64,000 bases of DNA, taken from positions 253,766,001 to 253,830,000 of the forward strand of contig OZ024741.1 in NCBI GenBank assembly GCA_964016885.1, read 5' to 3'. The position numbers and the translations under genes were made by a program. The stretch's first letter is position 1. The number at the start of each line of letters is the position of its first letter. The stretch is from Eledone cirrhosa. Its lineage: Eukaryota. The notes under the pieces were generated by a model. That model did no database searches and was not told the DNA's origin. It saw only the letters and a program-made list of their open reading frames with translations. Shown piece by piece: positions 42,264 to 58,515 of the stretch.

Positions 42264-42266
<3 letters not shown>
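42085..42266. mobile_element. Fold-back element family B
   Basis: Inverted arms around GACGGCTAATTCGCCGTC; (TA)n flanks. Confidence 0.75.
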
Positions 42267-42329
<63 letters not shown>

Positions 42330-42569
42330 GTGTGTGTGTGTGTGTGTGTGCATATATGTACATATAAGCATGCATATTTCCATACATAAATGTTATCGTG
42401 TATTTATATTATTTTCTATATATTTATCTTGTATTTTGAAAGCAATCCTCATGCGTTCTCCTCATACTAATGTCTTCTTCTGCTTCTCATTATCTCTATC
42501 TTTTGTTTCTATTATTATATTTATTCTAATCTCCAGAGAAGTATCCGAGTATTGCTAACCTGTGAGTTT

Positions 42570-43092
42570 ATGTCATGTGTAGGATGGATCCAGCTATTAG
42601 CCAGGAAGAACAAGCAGTTTTTATCTGCATGGTGCCCATGAAAGGGTTGAAGACAAGCACTTTTCTCTTCGACGAAGCCTTGAATAACTTTTTCAGAAAT
42701 TCACTTGAAGAGGAAAATCAAGGTGAAGAAGGAAGTGCTGCCTTCTAACGAGTTTGTTGAAAGGTGAGTGAGAGTGGCGAGCATATACCGAGTAAATAGA
42801 CCTATTCTGAGTGTACACCTGTAAATTAGAGGAGGATAACTGGGAGAGGGGCACTTGCTCTAGTGGTCAGGTGACAGTGGGGTTTTTTGTAGGCTTTCTC
42901 CATGAGTGACCGTCGGAATTCTCCCCATTGGGAAATTTGTTCTGTTTGAATCTTCATGTTTTTATATTATTTTTCTTTTAGTTATTATTATAACTTGTTT
43001 TACACACAACAACCCACACTGTATCGTCCTATGCCATGTTTAATGTTTTCTTAATGCCAGCCCTGTGTAGCTAATACAGAAACCATTATTAT
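42570..43092 (+). mobile_element. Tx1-like LINE 3' fragment
   Basis: Diverged reverse complement of ~20200-20760. Confidence 0.75.
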
Positions 43093-43214
43093 AATATCTA
43101 AAGATTTCATGCTTTTGACCGACTTAAACTATACGAAGACTAGTTATAAACAAATACACACAATTAAACATGCATGTATACATGCATAAAACATACACAC
43201 TCATACACACTCAA

Positions 43215-43326
<112 letters not shown>

Positions 43327-43353
43327 TTATACCGTATATATACATGCACACAC

Positions 43354-43389
<36 letters not shown>

Positions 43390-43409
43390 ATGTTTTATTA
43401 TTATTGTTA

Positions 43410-43615
43410 TTGGATTGGCTGTATTGGTAGAGCGTTGGACAACATGCTTCGCACCATAGAGTTACGGCCCTTTACATTCTCAGTTCAAATCCTGCCGAGG
43501 TTAGCTCTGCCTTTCATCTTTACGGGGTCGATAAAGTTAAGTACCATTCACGCACTGGGATCGATTTAATCGAAACCCCCCAATTGCTGGCCTTGTTCCT
43601 ATATAAGAAACCATT
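43410..43615 (+). mobile_element. SINE family A
   Basis: Family A head and body. Confidence 0.8.
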
Positions 43616-44049
43616 ATTATAAAATTGGGTGTCTGGAATCTAGTCAACTGTCAAAAATACACAACACTTTACCAACTGGACAGCGCGATTGACGACTGAA
43701 AAACTGCACATGCTTTCAATAGAGGGGTAGCTGAGGGTATGAAAGACGAAGGCCTGAGAGTAGCCCTGAGCCTCGAGGGAGATTCTTCTGAGAGACCTTC
43801 ATATCGAAGATTGATGTTTGACTGTTAACATTTTGAAGATTTTCAAAGATGACTAGTTCAAATTTTCAGAAAATGGGGTGAGTTAGAGGAGTCGATCTGT
43901 CTGTCAACTCTCTTACTACATATGCAAACATTGGTTGTTTTTTCTTCAAATTCAACACAGTAGCTCCACCATTTCTAAAGACGAAGCTACCAACTTCGTT
44001 ACCACCGTACCCATAAACAACAAAAAATGAAACAGTAGGCTGATAAATA

Positions 44050-45250
44050 TCTATACGATTCAACGGCCATTCTAGGTAGCCAAGAAAACAACGGCAGCAG
44101 CAGTAGCAACATAAACTCAAAAACTAACAAAAATAGCGCCAACAACCGTAGCAGAAATAACAACGAAAGTAATAAGAACAATACTTGCATCATGGTGAAA
44201 ATTCATTTCTCGTGGATCCAGCACATACTTGGAAAGAGAGAATGAGCTGATAAAGAAATATAAATGCGATATAGTTTCCCCAGAGTGGTGGTATTGTCAG
44301 CAAAAGAAGTAGACAACACTATAAGAAAGACGTTAGAGAACTAAGGTATCCACATAAGTAGTATATGATTAGAACACCCCACACCATCACAGGTAAAGAC
44401 GTGTATCAAAGAGATATCGGAAGTTATATGGTACATAGATAGAGAGAGGAAACATGGACCTTTCAAAGCAGTTTATCACAGGGAACAAGAAACTTGTAGT
44501 TTCTACTACAACTTTCACTTCACAAAAGTATGATATAATACTACTCCACTTGGATCAACTTAACGCAAAGGTGTTTATGACCAACGTACCAACCCACAGA
44601 GACCAAGCCAGAGCAACGGTGATTGTTGAAGAATGCGAGGAAGGAATGGGATGGAAATTTATCCTTCAACAAAATCAGACAAGATCATCCATGGGGTTCT
44701 AAGTTTTAATTGCAACCGAAAACATTAACAGCATAAACGAATGATAATGCTTCACGGAATGCAAAAAAAAATGTGTGTAACGGCTGAGAGCAGGGATTCC
44801 TTAATGTTAAAACTGCGGAATAACAGGCCACCTTAGAGTTTTCTACCGTATATGAGAGAAAAAGGAAGGCAAGCAATGACCCCACAGCTCACCACACCCC
44901 AACCACGACTGTAATAAAAAGAACATCAGTAAATGGGGGAAAGGCAAAAGCTACTATTACAACAACAACAACAATTTACCCACACAGAAGGACAAAATGA
45001 AGTAACAACGAAACAAAACAATATTCACACAAACACTCGAAAGAAATCCCAAGCAAACACTTCCCGACTCTGCAAATGAAGAACATGGTACAATGAAAAG
45101 TCAGAGAAATGAGAGAAAATTGAAAGGTTAACAAAAAAATGGGGCAAGTGAATGCCACAGTCCAACAAAACCCAAATGTATGAAAGCCCGAAAATCTAAC
45201 GAAAATGACATTAAAAAAAGAAACAAAAAATCAAAAAAAAAAGAAAAAAA
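44050..45250 (+). pseudogene. Possible decayed Tx1-like ORF1
   Basis: HIDRERKHG..KVFMTNVP..GMGWKFILQ loosely parallels HIRRGQKYG..KIRVTHLP..GSGMELLIQ of the 23.4-24.0-kb ORF1. Confidence 0.35.
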
Positions 45251-45286
45251 AAAGAGAATAATGAAACAAATAAATCGGCCAACTAG

Positions 45287-46765
45287 ACAACAACAACAAC
45301 AACAACCATAATATCACCAAGAACAACAGAAAAACTAGCAACAGCAACAACAGCAGCAGAAACGGCGACAACAGCAACAACAGCAGTAACAACGGCAGCA
45401 ACAGCAGCAACAACTGCAGTAATAGCAGCAACAACAGCAACAGCAGCAACAACAGCAACAACCACAGCAACGGCAGCAACAACAGCAATAACAACAGCAA
45501 CAACAGCAGCAACAACGGCAGCAACAGCAACAACAACAGCAGCAACAGCAGCAGTAACAGCAGCAACAACGGCAGCAACAGCAGCAACAACGGCAGCAAC
45601 AACCGCAGCAACGGCAGCAACAACAGCAACAACAACAGCAACAACAGCAGCAACGGCAGCAACAACAGCAACAACAGCAGTAACAGCAGCAACAACGGCA
45701 GCAACAGCAGCAACAACGGCAGCAACAGCAGCAACAACGGCAGCAACAGCAGCAACAACGGCAGCAACAGCAACAACAGCAGCAACAGCAGCAACAACAG
45801 CAACAACAACAGCAGCAGCAACAACAGTAGCAACAATGGCAGCAACGGCAGCAACAACAACAGCAACAGCAACAATAACAGCAACAACAACAGCAACAAC
45901 AACGGCAGCAACGGCAGCAACAACAGCAACAGCAGCAACAGCAGCAACAGCAGCAACAGCAGCAACAACAACAGCAACAACGGCAGCAACAACAGCAACA
46001 GCAGCAACAGCAACAACAGCAGCAACAACAGCAACAACAACGGCAGCAACAACAGCAATAGCAGCAACAACAGCAACAGCAACAACAACAGCAACAACAA
46101 CAGCAACAACGGCAGCAACAGCAGCAACAACGGCAGCAACAGCAGCAACAGCAGCAACAACAGCAGCAACAACAGCAACAACAGCAACAACGGCAGCAAC
46201 AACGGCAGCAACAGCAACAACAACAGCAATAGCAGCAACAACAGCAACAGCAACAGCAACAACGGCAGCAACAGCAGCAATAACGGCAGCAATAGCAGCA
46301 ACAACAGCAACAACAACAGCAACAACAACGGCAGCAATAGCAGCAACAACAGCAACAACAACAGCAACAACGGCAGCAACAGCAACAACAACAGCAATAG
46401 CAGCAACAACAGCAACAACAACAGCAACAACGGCAGCAACAGCAACAACAACGGCAGCAACAGCAACAGCAGCAACAGCAACAACAACAGCAACAACAAC
46501 AGCAACAACAGCAACAACAGCAACAACAGCAGCAGAAACGGCGACAATAGCAGCAACAAAAGCAACAGCAACAACAACAGCAGCAACGGCAGGAACAACA
46601 GCAACAACAGCAGCAACAGCAACAATGGCAGCAACAATGGCAGCAACGTCAGCAATAGCAGCAACAACAACGGCAGCAACAGCAGCAACAACAACGGCAG
46701 CAACAGCAGCAACAACAGCAGCAACGGCAGTAGCAACAAGGAGAGAAACAATAGCTACAACCACC
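45287..46765. repeat. 1.5-kb (CAA)/(CAG) mixed trinucleotide tract
   Basis: Direct reading. Confidence 0.95.
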
Positions 46766-46772
46766 AAATCAG

Positions 46773-46861
<89 letters not shown>

Positions 46862-46864
<3 letters not shown>

Positions 46865-47556
46865 TAGCTAAACTACCCGTCCTTTGGACGGTTCAAGTAG
46901 CTTTCGATGTAGCTCATTAAACTAAACAAAGTAAATTTGAATACATAGAAGAAAAACGTAGTTTATGTAAACATGAAAACCTTAGGCACTATTCCAGCGA
47001 AATAATTAATATGTGAGCTCGGTGTCTTTTTTGACAACAGTAAAAGCGCATCATGAAATAGAGGAGTGAAGTGAATAATAGACACTATTATGTACAAAGC
47101 ATAATATTGTAAAAGTTATGACATCACTTAATGTATGAACATCAAGCTTGAAACGATAAATTATACAATGTCAAATCTATAACTTAACTTAGTAATCTGT
47201 TAGAAATTGCTGGTTGTGAAATATACAAAATGATATTGTTAGTCTCAAGGAAGCGTACCTTTTGTTTCAAGTACAAAGAGTAAATTAAAATCCGAATGAG
47301 CCGAATTACGAAAGATAACTCTTGTCTTACTTAAAGATAACTCTTGTTTTACTTAATCACAAAAATTCATACAAATAACCGAAACATTTTTAATGTCTCC
47401 AAAGGCCCCAATATCGATCTTTGAAAGCCTTTGTAGATCATGTACAGGTTTTGTGCAAGGAGAAGCTCTGTAAAAAAATTCAAAGAAATCGCATGAATGG
47501 TTTAGAATATATGAGCCCTCATTAAAAATTGTCCACACACACACAGAAAACTTCGT

Positions 47557-47562
<6 letters not shown>
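46862..47562 (-). mobile_element. Non-autonomous Helitron
   Basis: Minus-strand 3' end has a CCGTCC/GGACGG hairpin followed by CTAGT; the 5' end is (TA)n-AAAGACGAAG..(TG)n. Confidence 0.65.
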
Positions 47563-47617
<55 letters not shown>

Positions 47618-47623
<6 letters not shown>

Positions 47624-47957
47624 TATGTACACGTACATACATACATGTATACAGACGTACAGTAGTATGTATATATATATACATACATGCACACATATAT
47701 ATATGTACGTATGGATTCACCGAACATTTATTATAATGCTCGGTGTGTTTGTAAACAAACATCCCGTATTAAGCCGTAATGTCTAGCAACCATCGTTGCT
47801 CGTTTGTTCAACACTGACAAAGGAACGCTGTACTAGTTTCAAGCTTATTAGCTATCGTCAGCAACGTATACCTTCCTGCCAGATGTGTGCATGTATATAT
47901 ATATACATACTACTGTACGTCTGTATACATGTATGTATGTACGTGTACATACTTATA
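47618..47957. mobile_element. MITE-like element with ~75-bp TIRs
   Basis: TAAGTATGTACACGTACA...GCACACAT is inverted at 47883-47957. Confidence 0.7.
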
Positions 47958-48011
47958 TTTAAGTAACAGCCGTATTAAGAGTGGGAAATTAAATTTCGTT
48001 TCATTTTTTCC

Positions 48012-48080
<69 letters not shown>

Positions 48081-48359
48081 AAACACTACAATGACAGCAG
48101 TAGCAACAACAATAACAAGGTCGACGACAACAACAACAACAACAACAACAACAACAGCAGCAACAGCAACAAAACCGTTGGAATGCAGTTCAGGTATTTC
48201 CAACTATTTGACAGGTTTCGTCTGGATTTCTCGAATGCGCCAATTTGGACTTTGACAAATTGCAGGGATTGCAGATAGTATCAGCAGTCCACAGCTTCGT
48301 GTACTTGGATACACAAACAGCAAACTGATGGTAATGTGCAATATATGTGTTGTGGTAAA

Positions 48360-48726
48360 TAATAATTGTTTCTACTTTAGGAACAAGGCCAGCAATTAAC
48401 CAGTGCATTACTGGTACTTTATTTTATCGACCCCGTAAGGATGACATGCAAAGTCAACCTCGGCGGGATTTGAACTCAGATCGTAAAGGGACGTAACTAT
48501 GCTGGAAAGCATGGCGTCCGACCCTCTACCGATACTGCCAATCCATATTAGTTCTGGACAATTGTTTCTACCTTTGGCACAAGGCCAGGAATTACCCTGT
48601 ACATTATTGGTACTTTATTTTATCGACCCCGTAACGTTAACCTCGACGGGATTTGTACTCAGACCGTAATGGGACGTAACTATGCTAGAAAGCATGGCGT
48701 CCAACCTTCTACCGATACTGCCAATT
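48360..48726 (-). mobile_element. Two tandem SINE family A copies
   Basis: 48360-48545 and 48560-48726. Confidence 0.85.
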
Positions 48727-49739
48727 CACAGCCCTTGTCTGGACATAATGGTATCAAATTCCCAATGTCACTGCGACCGTCTCTCTCGCTCTCCCCATCT
48801 TTCACTCTTATAAGCAAAAGGGAGCCCTCACGTGGCCCCGGCAGACAGAATAGAGAAGGCATTTCCCGGGAGGATGGTGAGGGAGACGTGTTGGAAGAGC
48901 TATTCCAGTTCGCGAAGCATAACACTTGCGGGTAGCCAACTCCGTGCCGATGGTGGTGAGTATGGAGGTGGTCCTAGGACCAAGGAAACGAGAAATTTCC
49001 ATTGCTACGGGCTCGACCGCAAACCTGTCGAAGAGCGACTGATATTTGGTGAGTTTACGCTCCTCGGCCCGAAGTGCAGTACAGTCCGGGTTAGTCGCAG
49101 ACTGAACAGTCAGTGTGCTTAGAACAAACTAATAGACAGTGAGTCTACTTAAAACGAGCCAATAGAAGCGTCTGAACAGTGAGTCTACTTAGAACTAGGC
49201 AATAAGCTTCTGTGGTGAGATGTAGATCTGTAGGCCTGTGGGACTGTGCGTCTTTAGATCTCTAGGTCTACATATATGGATGTCACCATATCTGTTTGTA
49301 AGTAAATTTATCTGTTGGTGTGTCAGTTTTTCTGGGTTACTGGAAGCTGAACGTATTCTCTGCACAAAAATTCCTGTGACTGGATTAGCGAACTGTTAGC
49401 AAACCTGCCAAGCAGGAACTGCCAGTTGATATGTCTCGCTATAGAGGAAACTTAGAGAAGTAGTTTCAACAAATAGATAGCTATAGAGTTGAAGAGCTAG
49501 TTTGTCATTTAGAAATAGCGTACAGAAGGGGTATCACAACCGACGTGTTATTGGTGAGAATTGTTCTAGGCTATTTCATAAACATGAAGCCCCGATGGGT
49601 CCAGGTAGTGAAAGCGCAGGTTGTGAACAAATCCCTAATTCGGTCTCAGACGAGCTGCAATGAGTGCTTGATAGTTGACTTTAAACAAATGTATGTAAGT
49701 TTTTCAGCAGAAATTTACCGCACTTTTTGTGAGGAACGG

Positions 49740-51200
49740 AAGACTAGAGATGATGGGCTTCGATGCTAACCACATAGGAGAATATTGCGAAAAATCGATC
49801 TGGGGGAATACGAAGCGGTAACAGGAGCGAAAATTAACCACGAGAAGTCGTTTGTCCTGCAGTTCGGTACATGGAGAGGCAGTTTCATATCGTCCATCAG
49901 CGTCGACGGGCACTAAACAGGGGGGGAGGGGGTATATTACTCGAGTTCTGGCTTGGTCCAGACCTCCAGATGGAGGAAAACTGGGGTGGGGTAACAAGAA
50001 GGTGGCCACTCTCACCCAGAAATAGGCTGAGAGGAAATTATCCCTGGAAGGTCGGACAGAGGAGGTGAACGCGTACATAGCATCTGTCATCTACTACCGA
50101 CTAACTCTTGTGTCTTGTCCTGGGTCACGTCTGGCCGCACTGGAGTGTTTGCTCTTCCACTTTATTGTGAAAAGGACGGGTACCAATGATTAGATGCTCC
50201 TATTGCTGTGATCGTCCACTGCAATGAGGACTGGGCATGGTGTGGCTGATGATGCACAAAAATGCCCTGATGCTACCTCTCCAGCGTTTCCTTGATGATA
50301 AACAGGCGTGGTCACCGTTCGCCAGACACGTGTTTCCCCACTACGTCTCCTTGACAGAGTTGCAGCCTTGGGCCAAGCAAAGACCGAGAGGAAGCACTTG
50401 TACATTGGAATACCTTCAAGTGTTCACAAACCTCAGCCAGTCGGGCACTATGATCATTGTAAAATCCACTTCTATAGAGGATTTGTGGTGCGAAAAAGTG
50501 ACGACGGTCTTTATGAACCAATGGGTGTCGAAGTCGGTCAACTTCCGGAGAACTTTCGGTCAGGAGCCAATGGATAACTTCCAGTAATAGAAATCCCTGG
50601 CTTGGCATGTTTGAGATAAACTCTACAGGGAAACTGACGTGAGCCGAGCATCTCCAAGATGCGCGTAGGGGGACGAAACCGTCCTGCTCGCATTCGTACA
50701 GTTCCCGAGCATTGCTGACCTGTGGGTATATGTCGGACACCGGCTGTTACATGTAGGACGGATCGGACTGTCAGCTGAGTCCATCGTGAAGATCACCTCG
50801 CCACCTTCTTTTAACTGGGAAGGGAAGGCAGTTTCTATATGCCTGGTGACCATGACGAAAAAAGTTGTATGGTGAACGCGATTGAAAGGGCTGAAGACTA
50901 ACGCCTTCTTCTTTGGCGAATCCCTCATCAACTTCTTCAATTTTCACTTGAAGAGGAAAATCAGAGTGGAGAGGGAAGTATTGCCTTCCAGATATTTTGT
51001 TGAAAGGTGGATGAGAATGGCGAACATGGTCCGAGTGAACTGGTCTGTAAATCGGAGCTGAAGAACTGAGAGCGGGCACATGCTCTAGCGGTCAGAACAA
51101 TCGTGGTTTTATGGAGGGTTTTCCAACGAGTAGCCCAAAGAGAAATACTCATTGTTAACATTTTTATTGTTATCTTCCTTTTGTTATTATTGATAAACCA
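49740..51200 (+). mobile_element. Decayed Tx1-like LINE 3' half
   Basis: GPDLQMEENW, VNAYIASVIYYRL and AESIVKI are homologous to 20440-21750. Confidence 0.85.
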
Positions 51201-51216
51201 GTTTACACGTAGGATC

Positions 51217-51291
<75 letters not shown>

Positions 51292-51399
51292 AATATGTTG
51301 TTCTCTACCGTCCTTAATGTTTTCTTAATGTATATGTTTTGTGTTTATTTAAGAAATCATCATCATCATACCATTATTATTATTATGATGATTTGAAAC

Positions 51400-52340
51400 T
51401 TCCTTTGAGTTCAGCTGCTTTGCAAATCATACCGAGTGTCAACCTGACACCTGAGGCAACATTTTACAATACACACATCCCACAATCAATTGTCATACAA
51501 ATGATGCCACAAGGGCGAAACAACAGCAAATGTCTTTGCAAAGTTTTTAGATTAATAATGCCCTTCTCAGGACATGGGCAGTGCCATTCAGCACTATTTT
51601 CTGTATCTCTTGCAGAGATGGCTTTCCATGTATCCGGTCCGAATATTTTTCAGTTCCCTTTTTTATCATTCCAAGTGTGCCGAGTATTACTGGTATTGTA
51701 CAGGCCTTAAAATGATACCTTTTCTCAATTTCAATTGAAAGATCCTTATACTTACAGAGGTTTCCCATCTATTTCGAGGAGATGTTATGATCTGATAGAA
51801 TGCTCATGTCAATTAAGGAACATATTTTCCCTTTATGGTCCTTTACAATTATACCAGGTCTGTTGGCCTTGATTGTGCTGTCAGTATTCGCAGGGAAATC
51901 CCAGAGGATTGTTGCATTCTTGCCTCCAATTGCTGCATCTGGGTGATGGTTGTACCATTTTCCCTTCGTTTTCAGACCATAAAAACTGCACATTACCCAC
52001 TCTATCATGTCTCGTTTTCTATTCATAGGCAGCTAATACCTTGCAGCCTGAAACCAGGTGGTCTATGCTCATCGCAGAATCGACACTTTTGATCAGTTCC
52101 ATTTCTGATCACATTGGCTTGAAAGTTGCATGTAAGGAGACATTGGTCTTGTACAGCCAAAATGAAGCCCTCACTCTCTGCCTTTACTCCAGAACCTCGC
52201 AGCTACTGATGGGTGAGAGTTTGATCTACATCAGATTCTTTGCTACGGAGAATATACTGCCCATGTAGTGGTTATGGCTCCCATTTAGTGCACAGTCTCT
52301 GTTGGCCTTCCTGTTTTGCCAACACTTTGATATTCTTTGC
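51400..52340 (-). mobile_element. Decayed R4/Dong-like LINE 3' fragment
   Basis: ILWDF..ANRP..LIDMSI, KYKDLSIEI, GTAHVLRR. Confidence 0.8.
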
Positions 52341-52365
52341 GGCTTCTTATTATTTCTATTATCAT

Positions 52366-52765
52366 ATTGGCAATATCGGTAGAGCGTCGGACAACGTGCT
52401 TTATGGCATAGGGACACGCCCCTTTGTGGCCTTAATTCAAATCCTGCCGAAATTAACGTTGTCTTTCATCCTTAAGGGGTCGATAAAATATAAAGTACCA
52501 GTAATGCACTGGGTTGATTTAATTGACTTTCTCTTACCACCCCCAAATTGCTGGCCTTGTGCACATAGTAGAAATCATTGGTGGATTGGCAGTATCGGTA
52601 GAGGGTCGGACGCCATGCTTTAACGTATAGAGTTACGACCCTTGCCATTCTGAGTTCAAATGCCGCCTAGGTTAACTTTGCCTTTCATCCTTACGGGGTC
52701 GATAAAATAAAGTACCAGTAATGCACTGGATAATTGCTGACCTTGTGCCTAAAGTAGAAACAATT
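52366..52765 (+). mobile_element. Two tandem SINE family A copies
   Basis: 52366-52576 and 52580-52765. Confidence 0.85.
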
Positions 52766-53362
52766 ATTATTATTATTATCATCATCATCATTTTTGCTGT
52801 TGTAATTTTTATTGTTATTTATATACTAACATTCCATGCTTAGAGATACATACCTAGGTAACTATGAGCATAAATGAACGAATAAATGTGCATGTTTATT
52901 GGTGTTTCTGAACGGCTATGTTTGAACATGCATATATGTGCATGTATCGGGGGGGGGGGGGGGGGTACGTGTGAGCTTCTATGTGCGTGTATTTTCCACC
53001 CTGTGTTTGCCTGTGTGTCTATGTGTTAGCGTATTCGGACGTAGATAATTATGTGCATATGTGTAGAACTGTATGTAGTCAGATACATCCGAAATAAATA
53101 TATATACACACAAATTCTCTTATATACACAGCGGCTACTGAACTTTTTCTGTATATGTTTGTACATACACACATACACACATACTCGTACACACAGACAG
53201 ACACACACATATATGTGTATGTATGTATGTATGCTATTTATGGTATGTATGCATGCATGTATTTAATTTAATTTTAAGTATGAATATGAGTGTGTAAGCA
53301 TGTATGTAAGTATGAATGTATATATGTAGGTATGAGTGTATGTCTGTATGTATGTATTTATG

Positions 53363-53453
<91 letters not shown>

Positions 53454-53565
53454 ATGCAGTATTATGCGTTAAATTGTGGTGTACTAAGCTATATATCATG
53501 TTAGTGATGAGTACAGCATAATATATAGTATGATATATGTGTATATGTGTGTGTATGTGTTTATG

Positions 53566-53651
<86 letters not shown>

Positions 53652-54103
53652 GATATATATATACATATACATACATATGGAGATATATATACATATATAT
53701 ACGTATATATATATATATATATAAATATAATGAATGTGAGCATTTATGAATATGTAGACAGTTGCACCAATATAGTTGCTATATATAGCTTTGTTCACAG
53801 CATTCCAGAATGGAGTGGCTTGATGAGAAAATGTTCAAACATGTATACATGCATACATACATGCATACATGACAACAGACACATGTATACAAACATATAT
53901 ACATATTTGCGTATATAGATATACATACATTAATTCAAATACATACGCATACTCACATTCGTAAACATTTATATATGCATATGAATATTTCGTATGTATC
54001 TATGTGTATGTGTGTATATATATGTGTGTGTGTGTATATATATATATATATGTGTGTGTGTATATATATATATATATATGTGTGTGTGCGTGTGTGTGTA
54101 TAT

Positions 54104-54198
<95 letters not shown>

Positions 54199-54495
54199 TA
54201 CATATATATATATATATAGATATGTATATATATATATATATTTATATATATATAACACACACACATATATATATATATATATTATATATGTAAGTGTGTA
54301 TGTATATCACCATTTTTATCCTAGTGCAAATATTTACGCTAATATAAAACCCATGTATTATACATCAGTTTACATTGTATAAGTCCATATGCATTTTATT
54401 ACTCTTTTTATTTCACATACTCATTCATATATATATATATACATGCAGGCATACATACACACACACATACACACACACATATATGTATATATACA

Positions 54496-54669
<174 letters not shown>

Positions 54670-54838
54670 TACACACACAGACATACATATATGCGTATCT
54701 GAGTATGTTTCAGCACAAACACAGACAAGCTGTCTCACACGAACACACATACACATGTGTATGTATGCAGTGATGGGGAAAAAGATAGCAGTGCCTCTAT
54801 GTGTATATGTGTGTGTGGATATACTTATATACATACAT

Positions 54839-54946
<108 letters not shown>

Positions 54947-54949
54947 ATT

Positions 54950-55038
<89 letters not shown>

Positions 55039-55120
55039 ATGCACATATATACATATATATATGTATATATATATATGAATATATATATATATATGCATTA
55101 TATAGATAATTATTTATATA

Positions 55121-55166
<46 letters not shown>

Positions 55167-55193
55167 TGTGCGTGTTTGAGAGATTGTGTATAA

Positions 55194-55261
<68 letters not shown>

Positions 55262-56058
55262 TTATACACAACCTCTATACAGATATATACAGTGTGGCTA
55301 CATGGCTGATTGTTCCAGTGGTGTCCAACAGCGGGGTGGGCTGTCTATTTCTGTTATATTAGTGTGGAATATATATACAGCCATGCCCATATATCAAACA
55401 ATAATCTATATTTATACATTATGGGATATCACATGAGAGTATCAGTCTATGATTAATGATCATGTTTGGAAGACATACTACGCCTCTGTGTGTACGTGTG
55501 CGTGTGTGTATCAATGTGTGTGTTTGTATGAGCTCGTATATGTACATGTATATGTGCATGTGTGTGTTTCTGTGCATTTTGCGAACGTCTGCATGTGTCT
55601 GTGTGTAGGTGTAAGTGATTATATATAAGTATGTGTATATGCATATAAATGTGGTTATGTGTGTGTGAGCGTGTATATGTGGAACTGAATCGTCTGAATC
55701 GATGTCTGTGTGTGTGTGTGTGTGTGTCTGTGTGTGTGCGTGTCTGTGTGTGTCTGTGTGTGTCTGTGTATGTGTGTGTGTGTGTGTGTGTGTTTTTTTT
55801 TATAGGTCAACATTTATTTGATTATGAGAATCTGTGAGTATGTATATGTGTGTGTGTGTGTGTGTATAAGTATATACATACGTGTGTGTATGTGCGCTTA
55901 TAAATGTATATATATATATATATGTGTGTGTGTGTGCGTGTGTGTGTGTGCGTGTGTGTGTGTCTGTGTGTGTATATACATATATGTCTGTGTGTGCGTG
56001 TGTGTGCGCGCGAGTGGGTGAGCGTGTGCATATAAATATATATATATACATACACACA

Positions 56059-56191
<133 letters not shown>

Positions 56192-56251
56192 ATATATATA
56201 TATATATAAGAGAGTATTGAAGTTTGCTTGAAGCATTGTGGAACAATAATA

Positions 56252-56330
<79 letters not shown>

Positions 56331-56696
56331 GTGTGTGTGTATGTTTGTATGTGTATGTGTGTGGATATGTGTACCTCTGATTCCTCATATGGGTCAATGC
56401 ATATCAAATCTTACCCATGTGTATATCTGTATGTGAGACTGAGTAAACTTATGTGTAGGTGTGTGTGTATGTATATACCTGTGTGTATGTATCTGTATAT
56501 ATGGATGAGCTGCATGTGTGTATGGATGCTTAGAAATAAGTTTGTAGGTCAGTGTGTATGAGATGATATATTATTGAATTTGCATTGTGTGTATGTGTTC
56601 CTGTATCTCTTTACGTGTGCGTATATATATATTTGAGTGTATACATACACACACACACACAATATATATATATATGTTCAATATGCATATAGATAG

Positions 56697-56784
<88 letters not shown>

Positions 56785-56974
56785 ATATATATAAGTGTGT
56801 ATATGTTTATCTGTGTATGTATGGATTGCATATAACAATGTATAGACAAAATCTATAAAGTCATTTAACAGTTCTTATTGTATACTTATATATATATATA
56901 TATATATATATTGTGGTGGCGATGCGTATGAACTTATGTATGGGTACATATTCATGTTTCACACACATTCACAC

Positions 56975-57074
<100 letters not shown>

Positions 57075-57191
57075 TATAAATATATGGATTTATATACATA
57101 CACACTTATGTTTATGCGTGTAAAATACATTGCTATCTGTTTGATTAAGCATCCATGTGATCCAATCGATATGCATGTATATATGTATATA

Positions 57192-57298
<107 letters not shown>

Positions 57299-57445
57299 GT
57301 ATATATGTGTATATATATATAATCTATAAGAGTTTTTGTAGGTGTGATAATTTCCTGCCTACGCATATATGCATGTGTATGTGTCTTTTGTATATGTATG
57401 TATATATATATATATATATATACATACATATATATATATACATAC

Positions 57446-57502
<57 letters not shown>

Positions 57503-57520
57503 CATATATATATAAGTTAA

Positions 57521-57607
<87 letters not shown>

Positions 57608-57875
57608 TATACATATACATATATATAAATATATATATATAACATACGAAATTTTGAGCGTCCCAAAGGGAATAAGAGCCAATCACTATATACAATGGGT
57701 TATTTTACTTGATTATCGTAGCTATGGTTTATAGGGATCGGCTGATATAGCAGTCATTTTCTCCGCTTAAGACATTCATTCACATTTTCAAATTTCAAAA
57801 TCCCCCCAACACTTCATAAATCATTGTTTTAATATTTATACTTACGTATATAACACACACACACGCAGACACACA

Positions 57876-57910
<35 letters not shown>

Positions 57911-57923
57911 CTAAATATATACG

Positions 57924-58011
<88 letters not shown>

Positions 58012-58066
58012 CACACACACACATATATATATATATTTATATATATATCCATGCACACACACACAC

Positions 58067-58119
<53 letters not shown>

Positions 58120-58244
58120 TACATACAGAGCAATATATATATAAAATCTACACATGAGTGTCTGTGTACGCGTGCGTTTTGTACACACATGCATAGAGAC
58201 AGAGAGAGTGAGCTTGTGTGTGTGTGTGTGCTTGTGTGTGTGTG

Positions 58245-58333
<89 letters not shown>

Positions 58334-58515
58334 AGACATACTGAACGAGCAGAGAAGTAGAAAGTAGCTTTCTAGTCATTTCAACTATCCTATTTGACAT
58401 AGTCTTTTCCGTTGTGATACTGTGCATTTGTTACATACGAAGTCTAACTTCCCCTCTCAGTCTTTCTCTGATACCACTACATCTTATTCCATACCTCACT
58501 CTTGTTGACCTATAT

